A DNA stretch of 64,000 bases from Takakia lepidozioides. Taxonomy: Eukaryota; Plantae; Bryophyta. Below the pieces are notes generated by a model. That model saw only the letters and a program-made list of their open reading frames with translations, did not search any database and was not told the origin of the DNA. Position 1 is the stretch's first letter. Each line of letters begins with the position of its first letter. Position numbers and translations under genes: made by a program. The stretch lies in assembly GCA_030704615.1 (NCBI GenBank), contig CM060732.1, forward strand, positions 41,850,001-41,914,000. The letters run 5' to 3'. Shown piece by piece: positions 1 to 12,117 of this stretch.

Positions 1-390
1 TACGCACCCTTCCCTGGAATTTCCTGGATTGTTGTTGGTGTAAAACTGAGGCAAATTGCTAGTTTGTTGAAAGTGCTACATATTTGCTTATTATCGCACC
101 TGTTATCCACAATTTCGTTTCTTCCATGGTGAAGGAATCTCCTCTGTTTGTCCCCTTTTGTGCTCCATTCAAATGTGGTCATGACGCTATCGCAAGTTGT
201 GGCACATCCTAAAATGTGTCAATAGTCCTGTATATTATTTCCTCTCCCCTACATTCCTACCTTATGCCAACTTCACTTTCTCTCATATGGCTCTAGCTGG
301 AGCCTAATGTGGTCTTCCTGACGGTGTTGGATCTCTCTTTCTCGGATGATTTCAACTAGAGGCTGATGGTTAGCAATAGAGTTCAAACAG

Positions 391-2175
391 GGGCATGACA
401 GCTTCAAAGTTTGGGCCCAAAGAATTTGTTCAAGGTAAGGAGAAGCGATGGAAGAAGGCTTTACTGAAGACGTTTCATGCATTGCCGGTGGAGACAGACG
501 AGATAATTTGTAGACAAGACTACCTGGACTTCTTCAGCGGTTGTTGTCCTTCATATGGGTCTTGCTTCTTCTTTGTTGAGGTGAGTGATGGCTTTGTATT
601 CTTGCAAAAAGAATGCTATCAAAAATAACATTTGCAAAAGTGAGTTTTCCACTTATGCACCAGCAGGTGTAGAAATCTTATACCCCATTCAATCGGCTTA
701 AAGAAACCCAGAATGGGCAGTCTATGCCTCTAGCCAATGAAGTAGGTGTAGTACTCTGCATATTTGTCCTTGAATTCCCTACAACAGATAGCAGTTTACA
801 AAGGAGCACCCCAAACATGAGGTAGCGTGTTTGACACAGGAAATCTCAGATTCAGAACCCTATCGATCACCTCTACCATATGATACTGTGTATGTCATTT
901 ATGTGATCAGAACCCTATCAATCACCCCTACCATATGATACTGTGTATGTCATCTATGTAGGGATGTAAGACAAATAGGAGCATTTCTCAATGTATTCTG
1001 TTACTATTATAAGCATGGTATAATTGTTATAGAAGATTTCATTTTGTCATGTAGGCTTGTGATCCATTCCTCCCTGTTGGGACCTGGTTATTCGTTCTAC
1101 TGGTCTGTCCGGGTTTGTTTGAATGTGATGTGGACATGGGGCAGCAAAACAACCTCACAGGGTTTCCTTTGGAGATGTTTTTGGCTGTAAATATTCGGGG
1201 TGTTTACCTTGTTGATTTGATAACAAAGGTGTGCAAGCTTCGTTACCGCAGGCTATTGATATGATGTCAGGATGTCTCCAGACCATTTCCTTCAGTTGCT
1301 TGTAGAGCTGAAATGTCAATCACAAAACCCTTCATGAGGAAATTTGCATACTTGGCTGATCTAAGGGGTTGTGATACAAATAAATGGGCCTACAGAGCTT
1401 GATGCCAAATGTCCTGAATGTGTTCTACTTAGTAGACAAATTAAGCGGAACATTATGAACAGGTTATTGGACTTAATGTGGAATTTTGCCTCTAAACAAA
1501 CAAAGAGTAAAAGGTGAGTGGGAGAGATGGGCAACAGGGAACACATTTTTGGCACATGCTGTATCCAGAGATACATGGTTGGGGGCAAATTCAAGGATGT
1601 GAGTTTTCAATTGTGGGCCGGGGAAAAAGGGAAAAGGGAAGGGAAACAAGTACTTCTCAAATACCAATGCACCCTTAGAACTATGTATGCATGTTTACAT
1701 GGGGCAACAGTTATAGGGGCTGCTGGTGGAAAAAAGAAAAAGAAAAGTTTGTGGGCAAAATGGGATACGTGGTCAAAAAAGGGATACGTGGTCAAAAAAT
1801 GTTGTATAGGCAGTTATATGGGTAGCAGTGGTTCTCATACATGGGCATGTTAATCATGCAGTTTAGATGACTAGACTTTCTTGTTCACCTGTGATGTGGC
1901 ACCCTCCCCACTGTATTCGCGAGATGTTGCTACTCAAAGTCTTCATTGATGAATTGCAGGGAGCAGAAATAGGGCACACTATACTCTTCATGAACAAGCA
2001 AAAACTGCAGCAAGAACAACCCAATACCAATGTCAAGAGCACTTGCCAGCACCCTAAGTCTCCCCTCCTTTCCTCTGCGTCCTTGAGTTTCTCTCCCAGG
2101 AGACACCCCAAGGGTTCTCTCTCACCTCCTCAATACAAAATAATTTTCCCCCACAAGTTTCCATCCCCTGTTTAA
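391..2175 (+). CDS. 3' part of a spliced FERM-domain protein gene (FERM B/C lobes at the C-terminus); 5' part lies before the window; middle exon(s) unresolved, possibly decayed
   Basis: GT-AG exons 391-580 (GMTASKFGPKEFVQGKEKRWKKALLKTFHALPVETDEIICRQDYLDFFSGCCPSYGSCFFFVE), 1145-1228 (QNNLTGFPLEMFLAVNIRGVYLVDLITK) and 1538-~1598 (GTHFWHMLYPEIHGWG) join in phase. A probable last exon 1960-2175 begins GAEIGHTILFMNKQK. The motifs match the FERM pattern W..I...H...YL...P.YGS.FF.V / LAVN..GV.L.D..TK / Y.EI..WG / G.EI...I. Confidence 0.62.
852..960. repeat. 55-bp tandem duplication (2 copies) in an intron
   Basis: tcagaaccctatc(g/a)atcacc(t/c)ctaccatatgatactgtgtatgtcat(t/c)tatgt at 852 and 907. Confidence 0.9.
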
Positions 2176-2224
2176 AAATAAAAATAAATTGTTTAATTTA
2201 AACCAAAGATTTTTTTTATGTTAT

Positions 2225-2370
2225 TTTATTTTTTTTTAAAAAAGGGATAAAGCCCAAGCCACTTTATTGAAAGAGGGAAAAAGATTAAAACCTTCAAAAC
2301 GCCTTGAGGCTAAAACAGACTGACGAAGCAGCGAGGGGCAAGCCACCTCGAAAAAACACCATTATAGCAT
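2225..2370 (-). mobile_element. Short LINE 3'-tail fragment
   Basis: Poly-T followed by ...ctttattga (AATAAAG on the minus strand), the same layout as tails at about 9800, 14830, 16360, 22390 and 31090. Confidence 0.4.
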
Positions 2371-3324
2371 TAATCGTTGATAGACGGATCCTGCCTTTCA
2401 ATAAAAAAAATTAAACAATGAACTAAGAAAGCAATTGCGAACTTGAATGATTTGAACCCTCCACCAAATTTTTAGATCTTTTGTTGTTCATTTGTCAATT
2501 TCAACAAACTCTCAAATTTTTCCGTTATGGTTGGGTTTTTTATTTTGTTTTGTAAAGGAAACCTGGAAGCGACTGCTTACAATTCAGGTCCTTCAGTGAG
2601 GAGAGGGGGGGGGGGGATTAACCCCTTTTCAGATAAAGCCATCGGACACACAAGCAGAAACGGCACCCCTAGACCAACCGGTCACGAACCAAATCATACC
2701 CACAAGACAGAGTAGCAGGATTTGAACCCTGAATCACCAGGGTGACACAGTCCAAACCAACGTTGGACCGGTGTATAGGTCTGGGGCGGGTATCAACTAA
2801 GCTAAGGGTAATGGTAGGAAGGATCATACCAGGCTGGTACCTGCAAGGGCAAGACCTTGGTGGGGTAGGATACATGGACTTCTAAAACCCTGGCGCAAAC
2901 CAGACCAATTTGGTCTTCTTCTTTGCGCTACCACTCCAATACCATGCATGCGCCGGCTGAGGGAGAGGATGCAGGGGTAGGGTTTAGGGTAGTTATCATT
3001 AGGGATACTAACTACATGGAGTGTTTTCACGAGGGCACTTCATTGAGGATATTTGGGCTATTCAAATGACCATTTCAAAATTGAAATTGGCCATTTGAGC
3101 TATTCAAATGGCCATTTGAATATTGGAATGAGCCATTTAAATAGTTCAAATGGCCATTTCATTTTTGGTATCCCAGTCGTACTGTCTTTATGGCCTCCAC
3201 AGGGATATTTTTTCCCTGTTGTTGGTTGAACTTTACTATGTGTTCCTTGGCCTCAACCTTTTTCTTTTTTTCTTTTTTTCTTTTTTAAGAAAAACTTAAG
3301 AGTTTGAAAGAACCAGATGCTAGC

Positions 3325-3496
3325 ACATACTGGTATGACTTTGAAAATTTTGTTTTATACCATACCATATACCATACCGGGCTGTCAAATGTACACATCA
3401 CTTGATACCAGTACCATATTGGTTTGAATAATTCAACTCTACCCCAATACCTTTACCCTAGTGGTATCAAAAAACCATGATACCATTCCAACACTG
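3325..3496. mobile_element. hAT-like non-autonomous element end
   Basis: Dense ATACCA/TGGTAT subterminal repeats ending in ccaacactg (CAGTGTTGG on the minus strand, hAT-type terminus). Confidence 0.35.
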
Positions 3497-3989
3497 GTCC
3501 AAACTTGGCCGAGTATAAGACAGACTAAGAGTTACACGAGACACACACCAGAGGAGGCGAGGTGACATGGACTCAGAAGCGAGCTAGGATATTTTGCATT
3601 AGGGTTTTGGGGTTTTATTCCGTTTTGAAAACATATGACTCCTATGACCGCGGTTTAAAAACATAAAACCCCCATGACCGTGGGTTTGTGCTCACGTTGT
3701 TTGTGCTCACCCGTGTGCTCACGTTCTAAACCCCCCCCCCCCCCCCCCCCCCCACATTACCATTGGGCTACAACTTGGTTGTGGGCCCACATAGTAGAGA
3801 GCCTCATCTGGTGTAGGTACTATGAAAAGGGAGAGTTGCAATCAAGATGACAATGTCAAGATGAGGCCGACTATATAAAGTGATATCTTAGAACTACCCA
3901 TGGTTATTATGATATGTGGCTCTGAATTTTCTGCTCAAAATTACTTTTGCTACAGTTTGCTTTGTTTCATTACGACTCCGTATGGCTAT

Positions 3990-4900
3990 CACTAGAAGAA
4001 AAACGCGGAATAACCACTGGTCCCCTTAACCACTCTTGTCTTTTATCACTCTATAAATCACTCCAAGTAATGGTAACCACTGGTCAGTGGTTAATTCCGA
4101 TGAAATGCCACGGTGGCAAAATATGGAGTGGTTGGAAGTGGTTTCAACCACTGAGTAATCCACGTGTAATATTTAATTTTATATTTATTATTCGACATTT
4201 GGTCAAATATTTATATCAATAATGATAATATCCGACATGGACGGGTACAGTGATAAATTATGAGTGGTTAAAGACACCTCAGTGATGGGAAGTGGTTGAA
4301 ACCACTTTCTACTCCACGTGTAATATATATATTTTTAAAGATTTTTATCATTTCAAAATATATTATTCCACGTGGACGAGGATAGTATACGTAGATCTGG
4401 AGTGGTTAAAGACCCCCCAGTGATTGGTACCACTTGCACAGTGGTGGAATGTGAGTGGTTAAGACCCTTTTGTAACTGGAACAACTCTTCAAGTGGGCAC
4501 TTGTGAGTGGTTACATACACGTGAGTGATTGGTACTACTTCTGGGGTGGGTTGTGAGTGGTTGAAGACACCTGAGTGATGGGAGGTGATTGAAACCACTT
4601 GCTACTCCACGTGTCATAATTCAATTTTTATTTAAGATTTATCATTTCAAAATATATTTAATTATGAACTATATTATTCCACGTGGACGGGGACAGTATA
4701 CGTAGATCTGGAGTGGTTAAAGACCCCCATTGATTGGTACCACTTTGAGAGTGGTGTAGAGTGAGTGGTTACAGACCATTTAGTAACTAGAACCACTCGG
4801 CTAGTGGTTGGAACCACTCGGCCAGTGGTTACGCGTTAGTGATTACATACACACCGGTGATTGGTATTACTTCTGTGGTGAAAAACTTTAGTGGTTTGTG
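3990..4900 (+). mobile_element. CACTA-like transposon terminus with subterminal repeats
   Basis: Starts CACTAGAAGAAAAAC at 3990, followed by many AACCACT/AGTGGTT repeats in both orientations and a ~293-bp internal duplication (about 4261 and 4554). No matching TAGTG end was identified. Confidence 0.7.
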
Positions 4901-5100
4901 TGTTGATGGAAAACCCAAAATCCATCCATCTATCGCTACATTCATCCATCCAGTCATGAGTGAGGGACTTCGCGTTTTTTTTTGTCTTCCCTGCCATTGT
5001 GGCATCTGTTTGTTTTCTTTGTGTCGAGTTTGATCGTGAAAGACAAACATGACAGAGCTATGTTTGTTTTCTTATAGTGTCGAGTCTGATCATGAGAGAC

Positions 5101-5440
5101 GACGAGCGGAGCTGGTGGGATAGGGACAGACATGGACTCAAGACCTAGAATCGGGGCATGAAAGTGTGCACGATGGTGGGACAACCGCGATCGCAAGGTG
5201 TGGTTTTTTCTCAATGTATAATGACGAGCAAAGCTGGTGGGATAGGGGGCAGACAGGGACTCAAGACCTAGAATCGGGGCATGAAGGCGTGCACGATGAT
5301 GGGACAACCACAATTGCAAGGTGTGGTTTTTCTCAATGTACAATGACGAGCGGAGCTGGTGGGATAGGGGGCAGACAGGGACTCAAGCCCTAGAATCGGG
5401 GCATGAAGGCATGCACGATGGTGGGACAACCGCGATCGAG
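5101..5440. repeat. 122-bp tandem repeat, about 2.8 copies
   Basis: Units start gacgagc..agctggtgggatagg at 5101, 5223 and 5345. Confidence 0.92.
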
Positions 5441-7362
5441 GGGTTTGATACTCATTGGAGAAGGAACAGCATTCTGAATTACAGTAGGAGGTCATGAAAG
5501 TGCTTGAGTGCTATGGAATGGGTATCTCTGCTGGTGAAGTGTTGCTGGTGTACTGCCTTTAGATGTTGCTCATGCCAGCGGTACAATCATTAAAGTAGGG
5601 GATGTCTTGTGTGAAGAGATGGTGAAAGGATTGTTGAACATTTGCTGAACTTAGTTGGGAGGAGGACATGTGGTCTTTATATGAAGGTAAGTCTTACTAC
5701 CAACGTCAGCCCCTGACAGAGGTAGGTTCTGTTCCTTTTGTTCCCGCTCAAACTGGGCGCGGGGTCAATGGCCACAAGGCTACGGCAAACAACGTCTTAT
5801 GAGTATAATCTCATCCTTAGTTCCTCTCAGATTGTGGAAGCGATTGAGCATTTTCATGATGTGTAGGGTTTAGGGTAGGTTTTTGTGTAAAACAGAGGTA
5901 GAGGCAGAACCAAGCAAGGTTTAGGGTAAATCTAAGTGAGTAAGAGGCTGGGGTGTATGGCGGAGGAATGATCTTTGGAGTGATGAACTGATGGAGAAGG
6001 GAGTGTGAGGGGCTGGACTGAGAGTGGGGGAGAGGCTGGAGAATGGCTCATGAAATGTATATGCTTACAGTGACTGAGATGGTGATTGGTTTATATAACC
6101 AAGCCTATTACTACTATGATTGGCTTGTGAACTTAAGGCATAAGTGGTTGATTGTTTCATTTCGAACCTGATATGCTTTGAGCCTGGTTCCGGAGATTTA
6201 TCTCCAGACCTGCAATCTGCTTTTGTGATGAGTTTACAATCTGCATATATGGTGGTAAATGTTGTATATCAAACCTTTGTTCTTTCCTAAATGTGAATGA
6301 CCTGGAAACTTTGTGAGAAAGATGAATGGCTTACGAGTTGGACTATGTATGGCTTGACTGCTGGATTAAATTTCAAAGGGTTAGAACATGTGTTAGGGTT
6401 TTAATACTGAATGGATATGGGACATTGCTAGGGCGCCAGAGCATGACATTCCATGCATTCACGTCATTGGATGCCAAACTTTTCTTGGCACGTTGGGCCG
6501 AGGTTTGTATGCGTTCACGAACTGCCGACCTTGCTCGTTGCCCGGTTGACCTTATTTTCCATCATTGCTAACTTTGTGGGGTGGAGGGGCTTGTGTTAGG
6601 CTGCATCAAAGCGCGCAAAGAAAGGGGGGACTGAGGCTGTGGCGAATGCTACTGGTCCACCTACAATATGGGTGCAACAAGGCCCGAATGGCCCATGGGT
6701 GCAATCCAGGGGTGGGCAAACGTGGTCATGGATTCCAAGTGGGTCCAATGGAGGACCCCAAGGAGCTTGGGTACAAGGAGGTGCCCAAACTTGGGGCCCT
6801 CCATGCAACGCCGCTGGTGGGCAGTGGGCAGGCCCCCCTTTTATTGGTGTGTGCCATGAATTCTATGCATCAGATATGGTAAGACGTACTCATGTACTAT
6901 ACCTTGTTGTTTTGTTGGCATGTAGAAGGGGACTAAAGCAGAGGACCCTGCCCCAGCCATCGTGAAGGGAGCTGAGAAGAAGTACATGCGAAAATGAGAG
7001 CGTGTAACCAGAGCCACTGCTACCAAAGGCACAAAGTCCTCGACTAATGCAAATGGTGACATAACACCAAGTTCTAGCGGGAGTAAGAGTCAGGTGGGCC
7101 TTCAGGAGGCACCTCTCCATGCAGCAGTTTCCGTACTAGAGGTGAGCATGCATGCACCTGTTGGCTATCAGTTCTGTACAATGTGGCCATTTACATGTTG
7201 GGTACTTCAAACTATTAGTAGATGCATGGCTAAAGGGGTGTTGGGCGTGATGTTTACAGGCTGAGAAAGCTGCTCTTGATACTGCCACCGACAGTGCACC
7301 AACTGTGGCGCCTTCAAAGGCAACCCCCAAATATCAACCCCTGCCACAGTGGCAGATATTCT

Positions 7363-7767
7363 CACTAGTACAGATTATCGTTTTTATGACTGTAAGTATC
7401 ACTACATTTGCAGTGATAAGTGCGATTATGACTACATCATTATACAATGACAAACACGAAGTCAGTTCTACCATCACTGCGGAGTGATAAGTGCAATGTG
7501 ATGGTCGTCACTGCAGACGTGGCATCTGCCCAATGACTCAGAGTGACGTGGGATGTAGTGATGTAGTCATAATTATACGACTACAAGGCTACGTGTCATG
7601 ACTACAATTACGACTACGTCACTACAGATGAGCGCCAACATGGAGAGGTCTCTCCATGACACGTGTGACCCCCCGGATGTATATGACTACATTTATGACT
7701 ATATCACTACTCACTACATCACTGAAGGTAGCGCGTGGCATATTTCATGACTACAAATATGACTCTA
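7363..7767 (+). mobile_element. Second, different CACTA-like terminus
   Basis: CACTAGTACAGA at 7363 followed by ATGACTAC/ATCACTAC subterminal repeats; truncated at about 7767. Confidence 0.65.
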
Positions 7768-7959
7768 TAATCTTGTGCTTGAAATCTGACCCCCTTGGAT
7801 GAATCTGGACCCACACTCTATCTCTGCTCCTTCAGCTTATCACACTAGTTCCTATGCTGATATTGCGTCTTCTACTCTCTGAAATGTAATAGGCATTTAC
7901 CTTTTTGCCTCAGTTGTCCCACCATTGACTGGGGTCAGAAAAGTAATCATTCCACAGCT

Positions 7960-9600
7960 TCTCGTCATTTGCCCCTAGGTCTCCAAAGCCTCCATCCCCG
8001 CCCTTGCTGTGCATATCCTGCAATCATCACACTCCACAATACCACATGCAGTTCAGCCATACTATCGAACACTCCCTTTGCATCCTAAATGCACCCACAT
8101 TTGGCATACATGTCCACCAGGGCAGTGTTCAGAATGACAGGTGCAATTCCAGATTTGATGATCTCACCATGCATCTCTTTGCCCTTTTCCAGGGCTGCCA
8201 GGCTTACACAAGCACTACAAACACACAAACGTGATATGGTTACACTTCACCCCTTCCCCCATCATTTGCTCATAGGTCTCCAAGGCCTCCATCTCGCGCC
8301 CCTGCTGTGCATATCCTGCAAGCATGGCATTCCATAACGCCATACTTTGTTCAGCCATACTATCAAACACTCCCTTTGCATCCTTGATGCACCCACATTT
8401 TGGATACATGTCCACCAGGGTAATAGTACTTCAGAATGACATCGGGTACAATCCAGCTCTGACAATGTCACTACGGACCTCTTTGTCCTTTCCAGGGCTT
8501 CCAGGCTTGCACATGCATTGCAAATGTGGTTGGGCTTCACCCCTTCCCCCATCATTTGATCCTAGGTCTCCAAAACCTCCATACCAAGTCCCTGCTGTGC
8601 ATACTCTGCAAGTATTGTGTTCCATGACACCACATCTCGTTCAGCCATGTGTTGGAAACTCCCTTTGCATCCTTAATGCACCCACATTTCGCATACATGT
8701 CCACTAGGGCAGCGTTCAGAATGACATCTGGTACAATTCCAGTTTTGACGATGTCACCATGGTCCTCTTTCCCCTTTTCCAGAGCTCCCCTGCTTGCACA
8801 CGCATTGCAAACACAAACAAATGTGATATGGTTGGGCTTCACCCCTTTGCGCAGCATTTGCTCATAGGTCTCTAAAAGCATTCCTACCACACCCATGCTT
8901 GGTAAATCCTGCCAACATTATATTCGACGTGATCAAAGATCGTTGAGTCATTCTGTTGAATACTATGATGCTCCCACACTTAACATACATGTTGACAAGG
9001 GTGTTGCGTAGAAAAACATTTGGTGTGAATTCACTTTAGATAATGTGAGTCTGCACCTACTTTCCAGCTTCCAGACCTTTCATCTTGATGCACTTAAGCA
9101 AGAGACAGACATATGTACCTGAATCTGCTGAAATGCCTCCTTGGTTTAAAGTCTGTAGAGCCTCTGTCAGTCTGCCTGCCTCACAAAGCATCTTCACATG
9201 CCCAGAAGTGCCAGAAGAGGCATTGTGGACTCACTCTCTTGATCCTCTTTCAGAAGCTATGGTCATGGTTGAGGTGCCTGATTTACCGTGCCGCTACAGC
9301 TACTGCCTTTAGTTGACCATCTACCCATGTAGGTTTCTTGTAGCTATTGATCCACAGGGAATCATAGGTAATCTTGTGCTTGAAATCTGGCCTTCTTGGA
9401 TGAATCTGGACCCACACTCTATCCCTGCCTCTTCAGCTATCCATGCCTCTCCACAGATAGTGCATTCATCCTTGCCTTGAGCTGCTAGCAGCTAACAGTG
9501 ACAGCCTAGATTTGTCCTAGGAAACACCCAAGTCAGCTTATCACACTAGTTCCTATGCTCAATTGCATCTGCTACTCTCTGTAATCCCATAGGCATTCAT
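7960..9600 (-). pseudogene. PLS-class PPR protein pseudogene
   Basis: Repeated LVDMYAKCGCIKDAKGVFD..WNAMLAGYAQQG..EALETYEQM..GVKPNHITFVC motifs split across frames. The N-terminal LCEAGRLTEALQTLNQGGISADSGTYVCLL lies near 9100-9190. There are many stops and frameshifts and no E/DYW end. Confidence 0.9.
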
Positions 9601-9989
9601 TTTTTTGCTGTATGGAATGATTTTTTAGAGGATTCCAAGTGAATAATATGTACATGAGCCACCTCAATTTTTCTTTTAGAGAGATCCACCAGATTTCTAA
9701 AGCTTCAAAGAATATGTATAAACTGCATCTTTCTTTGATCAAACATAATAGAAAAAAAAACCGAGGTTATTTTTTCCTCGTCGCTCCCAAAGTTTTCATC
9801 AGGGCCTCTGTCCCCTGTTCTCTAAAAGATTATTATTTAAAAATTATTTAAAAAAAAAAAAAAAACACCTTTGTCTGATACACACATTGTTGGTGAGATC
9901 GATTCATTTTCACCTCTGCGGTACACCCCCACACGTACATTGGCGGAACAAAAAAATGCTACATGTTCATTCACAAAAAAAGTAAAGTA

Positions 9990-10309
9990 TGATGCCTCCC
10001 GAAGGGAACGTAACTTATGGTGTCACTTCACCACAAGGGCTACTGCCTTGGAGGCCAGAGCGAGTTGGAATTGAACAGAGTGTGTGTTTGTGTTGGTTGG
10101 AGTGTACACTGTGGATCAACATGGGCATGATCCAGTGTTGGGCAGTTCGACAACTAGCATGTAGCCCAGTGGTAATGGGGACATACCACGTTGGATGTGG
10201 TTGTGGGTTCAAACCATGGTTTGGTATGTCATGAAGATGTCCACCTTTCAGCTGGAAGGTAATAGCCCTTGTGGTGAAGAGACACCATAATTTATGCTCC
10301 CAGCTTCGG

Positions 10310-10312
<3 letters not shown>
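9990..10312. mobile_element. MITE-like element with ~50-bp TIRs and an internal tRNA-type A/B box
   Basis: Left end ctcccgaagggaacgtaacttatggtgtcacttcaccacaagggcta is the inverse of the right end tagcccttgtggtgaagagacaccataatttatgctcccagcttcgggag. TA or (TA)n flanks. A-box tagcccagtgg at 10162-10172 and B-box ggttcaaacc at 10206-10215. Confidence 0.8.

Positions 10313-10343
<31 letters not shown>
10312..10343. repeat. (AT)n microsatellite
   Basis: About 15 AT units directly abutting the MITE right end. Confidence 0.95.
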
Positions 10344-10346
<3 letters not shown>

Positions 10347-11229
10347 GCAGTTTTCTATATTCACAATAGATAACCGGTGGTTAAGGTTTAGGTTATAAGC
10401 CCACTTCTCTGGAGGTTCTCAAAACCTCTGATGCATTGTAAGGAACCACAAGTGGTTACAACCCACATAACCGGCTCGTTGTGGAACCGGTGGGGCACAA
10501 TTTTTCTAACTACGCCAACCAACCAACTACCCCTCACAATCTTGAGCCACCTTTCTAGCATCATCAGTTCTATTTAGAAACTTTGGCAAGTTGGGGCAAC
10601 CATGCAAACGCCAAGTGAGCTCAATTTTCACATGGCATGCAATCGCGTATGTGGGACCCATATACAGACCCCAAATATTCAGACATCGTCCAAATGTCCT
10701 CCCTCTTTTAGGCAATTTTAATTTTGGTACGACTTGGGATAGACATAGGCAGTGTGTTTTGAAATTCGGCAACAAACTATTTGATCTCGACTTTGCAACA
10801 TGGGTCAGCCATTTGAACAAGGCGGTGAGATGGTTCAGAAATGCCCTAATTCGCCATAAAGTGCAAGGGAGAAATTTTCCATGCCAAATTGCGGGCCCCT
10901 TATGGCCACATATCACTTTCCCGACCATGTTGTCCCACTTAGTTCTTTGTCTATCTGCAACGTGTCCTCCACATCCCATCGCCTCCCATCACATTCCCAC
11001 CGCCCCCCTTTTCCTGAGGGCTTCATCTAGGCTACTCATTATGTGCCAAAACCACACCTTTCATGCCTTCTTGTTGTTGGCCCACAATATCGCAAGGTTT
11101 GAAGGTCAGGTAATATTTCTGCGAGTAAAAGCGTGGGGTTTGGTTGACTTGTTGATGACAAAAAGAGGAAGTTTAATACTTCCATCAGCATTTGACGTCG
11201 GGGAAGCTACACTGATACATTCTTTGAAC

Positions 11230-11450
11230 TGTTTTTTCCCACTGTAGCCTATAAAAAAAACCCAGTCTCATCCATATTAAAGACATCATTTGGAGCATAT
11301 TCAGAAACTTGTTCACGTACCACACACATTTGTGCCTCTGCTTTTCTTCATCAGCCAAGGCAGCTTCTTCGTGCCTTCTGTAGCCATGAATGTCAAATCT
11401 CTTCTTGAACCCTTGAAGCCATCCACGTGAAAACAGCCGTCCCCAATGAC
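11230..11450 (-). pseudogene. pogo/Tigger-like (CENP-B HTH + DDE_1) transposase fragment
   Basis: FSRGWLQGFKKRFDI..RRHEEAALADE followed, after frameshifts, by EYAPNDVFNMDETG.FYRL, the signature GWL..FK.R and N.DETG motifs. Confidence 0.8.
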
Positions 11451-12117
11451 TAAAAAATCTCAAGTTACTCACACATCAAGTCATTCGTTGGTCGTGATAC
11501 AACTATTTTCTCCACAATTTCATATTAAATTTATATGAATATAAACACCGTTAATAGACCAAAATAATTATGCTTGCAAAAAAGCAAAAAAACATGTAGA
11601 ATATATAGTAAAAATGAAAATAATAGATAAATAAAATGAAATAAACGTGGAACTTTTTGTAAAACTTGATCCATTACATGTTCTTGAACATGGTTTTTTG
11701 AAGTTGTGATTGGTAGTGCAGTGCAACGAAAAGCCCGAGTACTTTAGAATGCAAAAGATTGTTATGCAACATGAGTAGCATGTTGGTGAGGTAATGGCAA
11801 TGGAGACGGCGAGCTGTAGGGTTTTATTATTGACGGGTGGTAGTGTCATCCCAATCGGTGTCAAGCACCCATAATGTATATCTGCAAGCTCCAAATTCCA
11901 CATAACTACAGCTTTGGTATCGTACAAAAGAATAATACATTAGGGAAAAACAAAGTCACAATAACCAACACCATCCAAAACACACAAATACCAAACAATA
12001 GTTGAACAATTTAATATAATGAAGCTAACAACGGGTTTCGTTAACACAATAAATCAAGGTATTAGATTTTGCCAGCGAAATAGTGGGTTTCGCCATGAAA
12101 TATTGAATTTCGCCAGC

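Noticed and set aside
2690-2790. B-box-like GGGTTCAAATCCTGC on the minus strand as a tRNA gene
   Set aside because: No convincing A-box or cloverleaf; at most a decayed SINE
5101-5440. 122-bp repeats as a CRISPR-like array
   Set aside because: Whole units repeat with no unique spacers; eukaryotic context and no cas genes
5860-5930. TTTAGGG words as an interstitial telomere
   Set aside because: Only 1-2 units at a time, so too short
10591-11247. 218-aa ORF as a gene
   Set aside because: No recognisable motifs; spans repeat DNA and the antisense of the pogo relic
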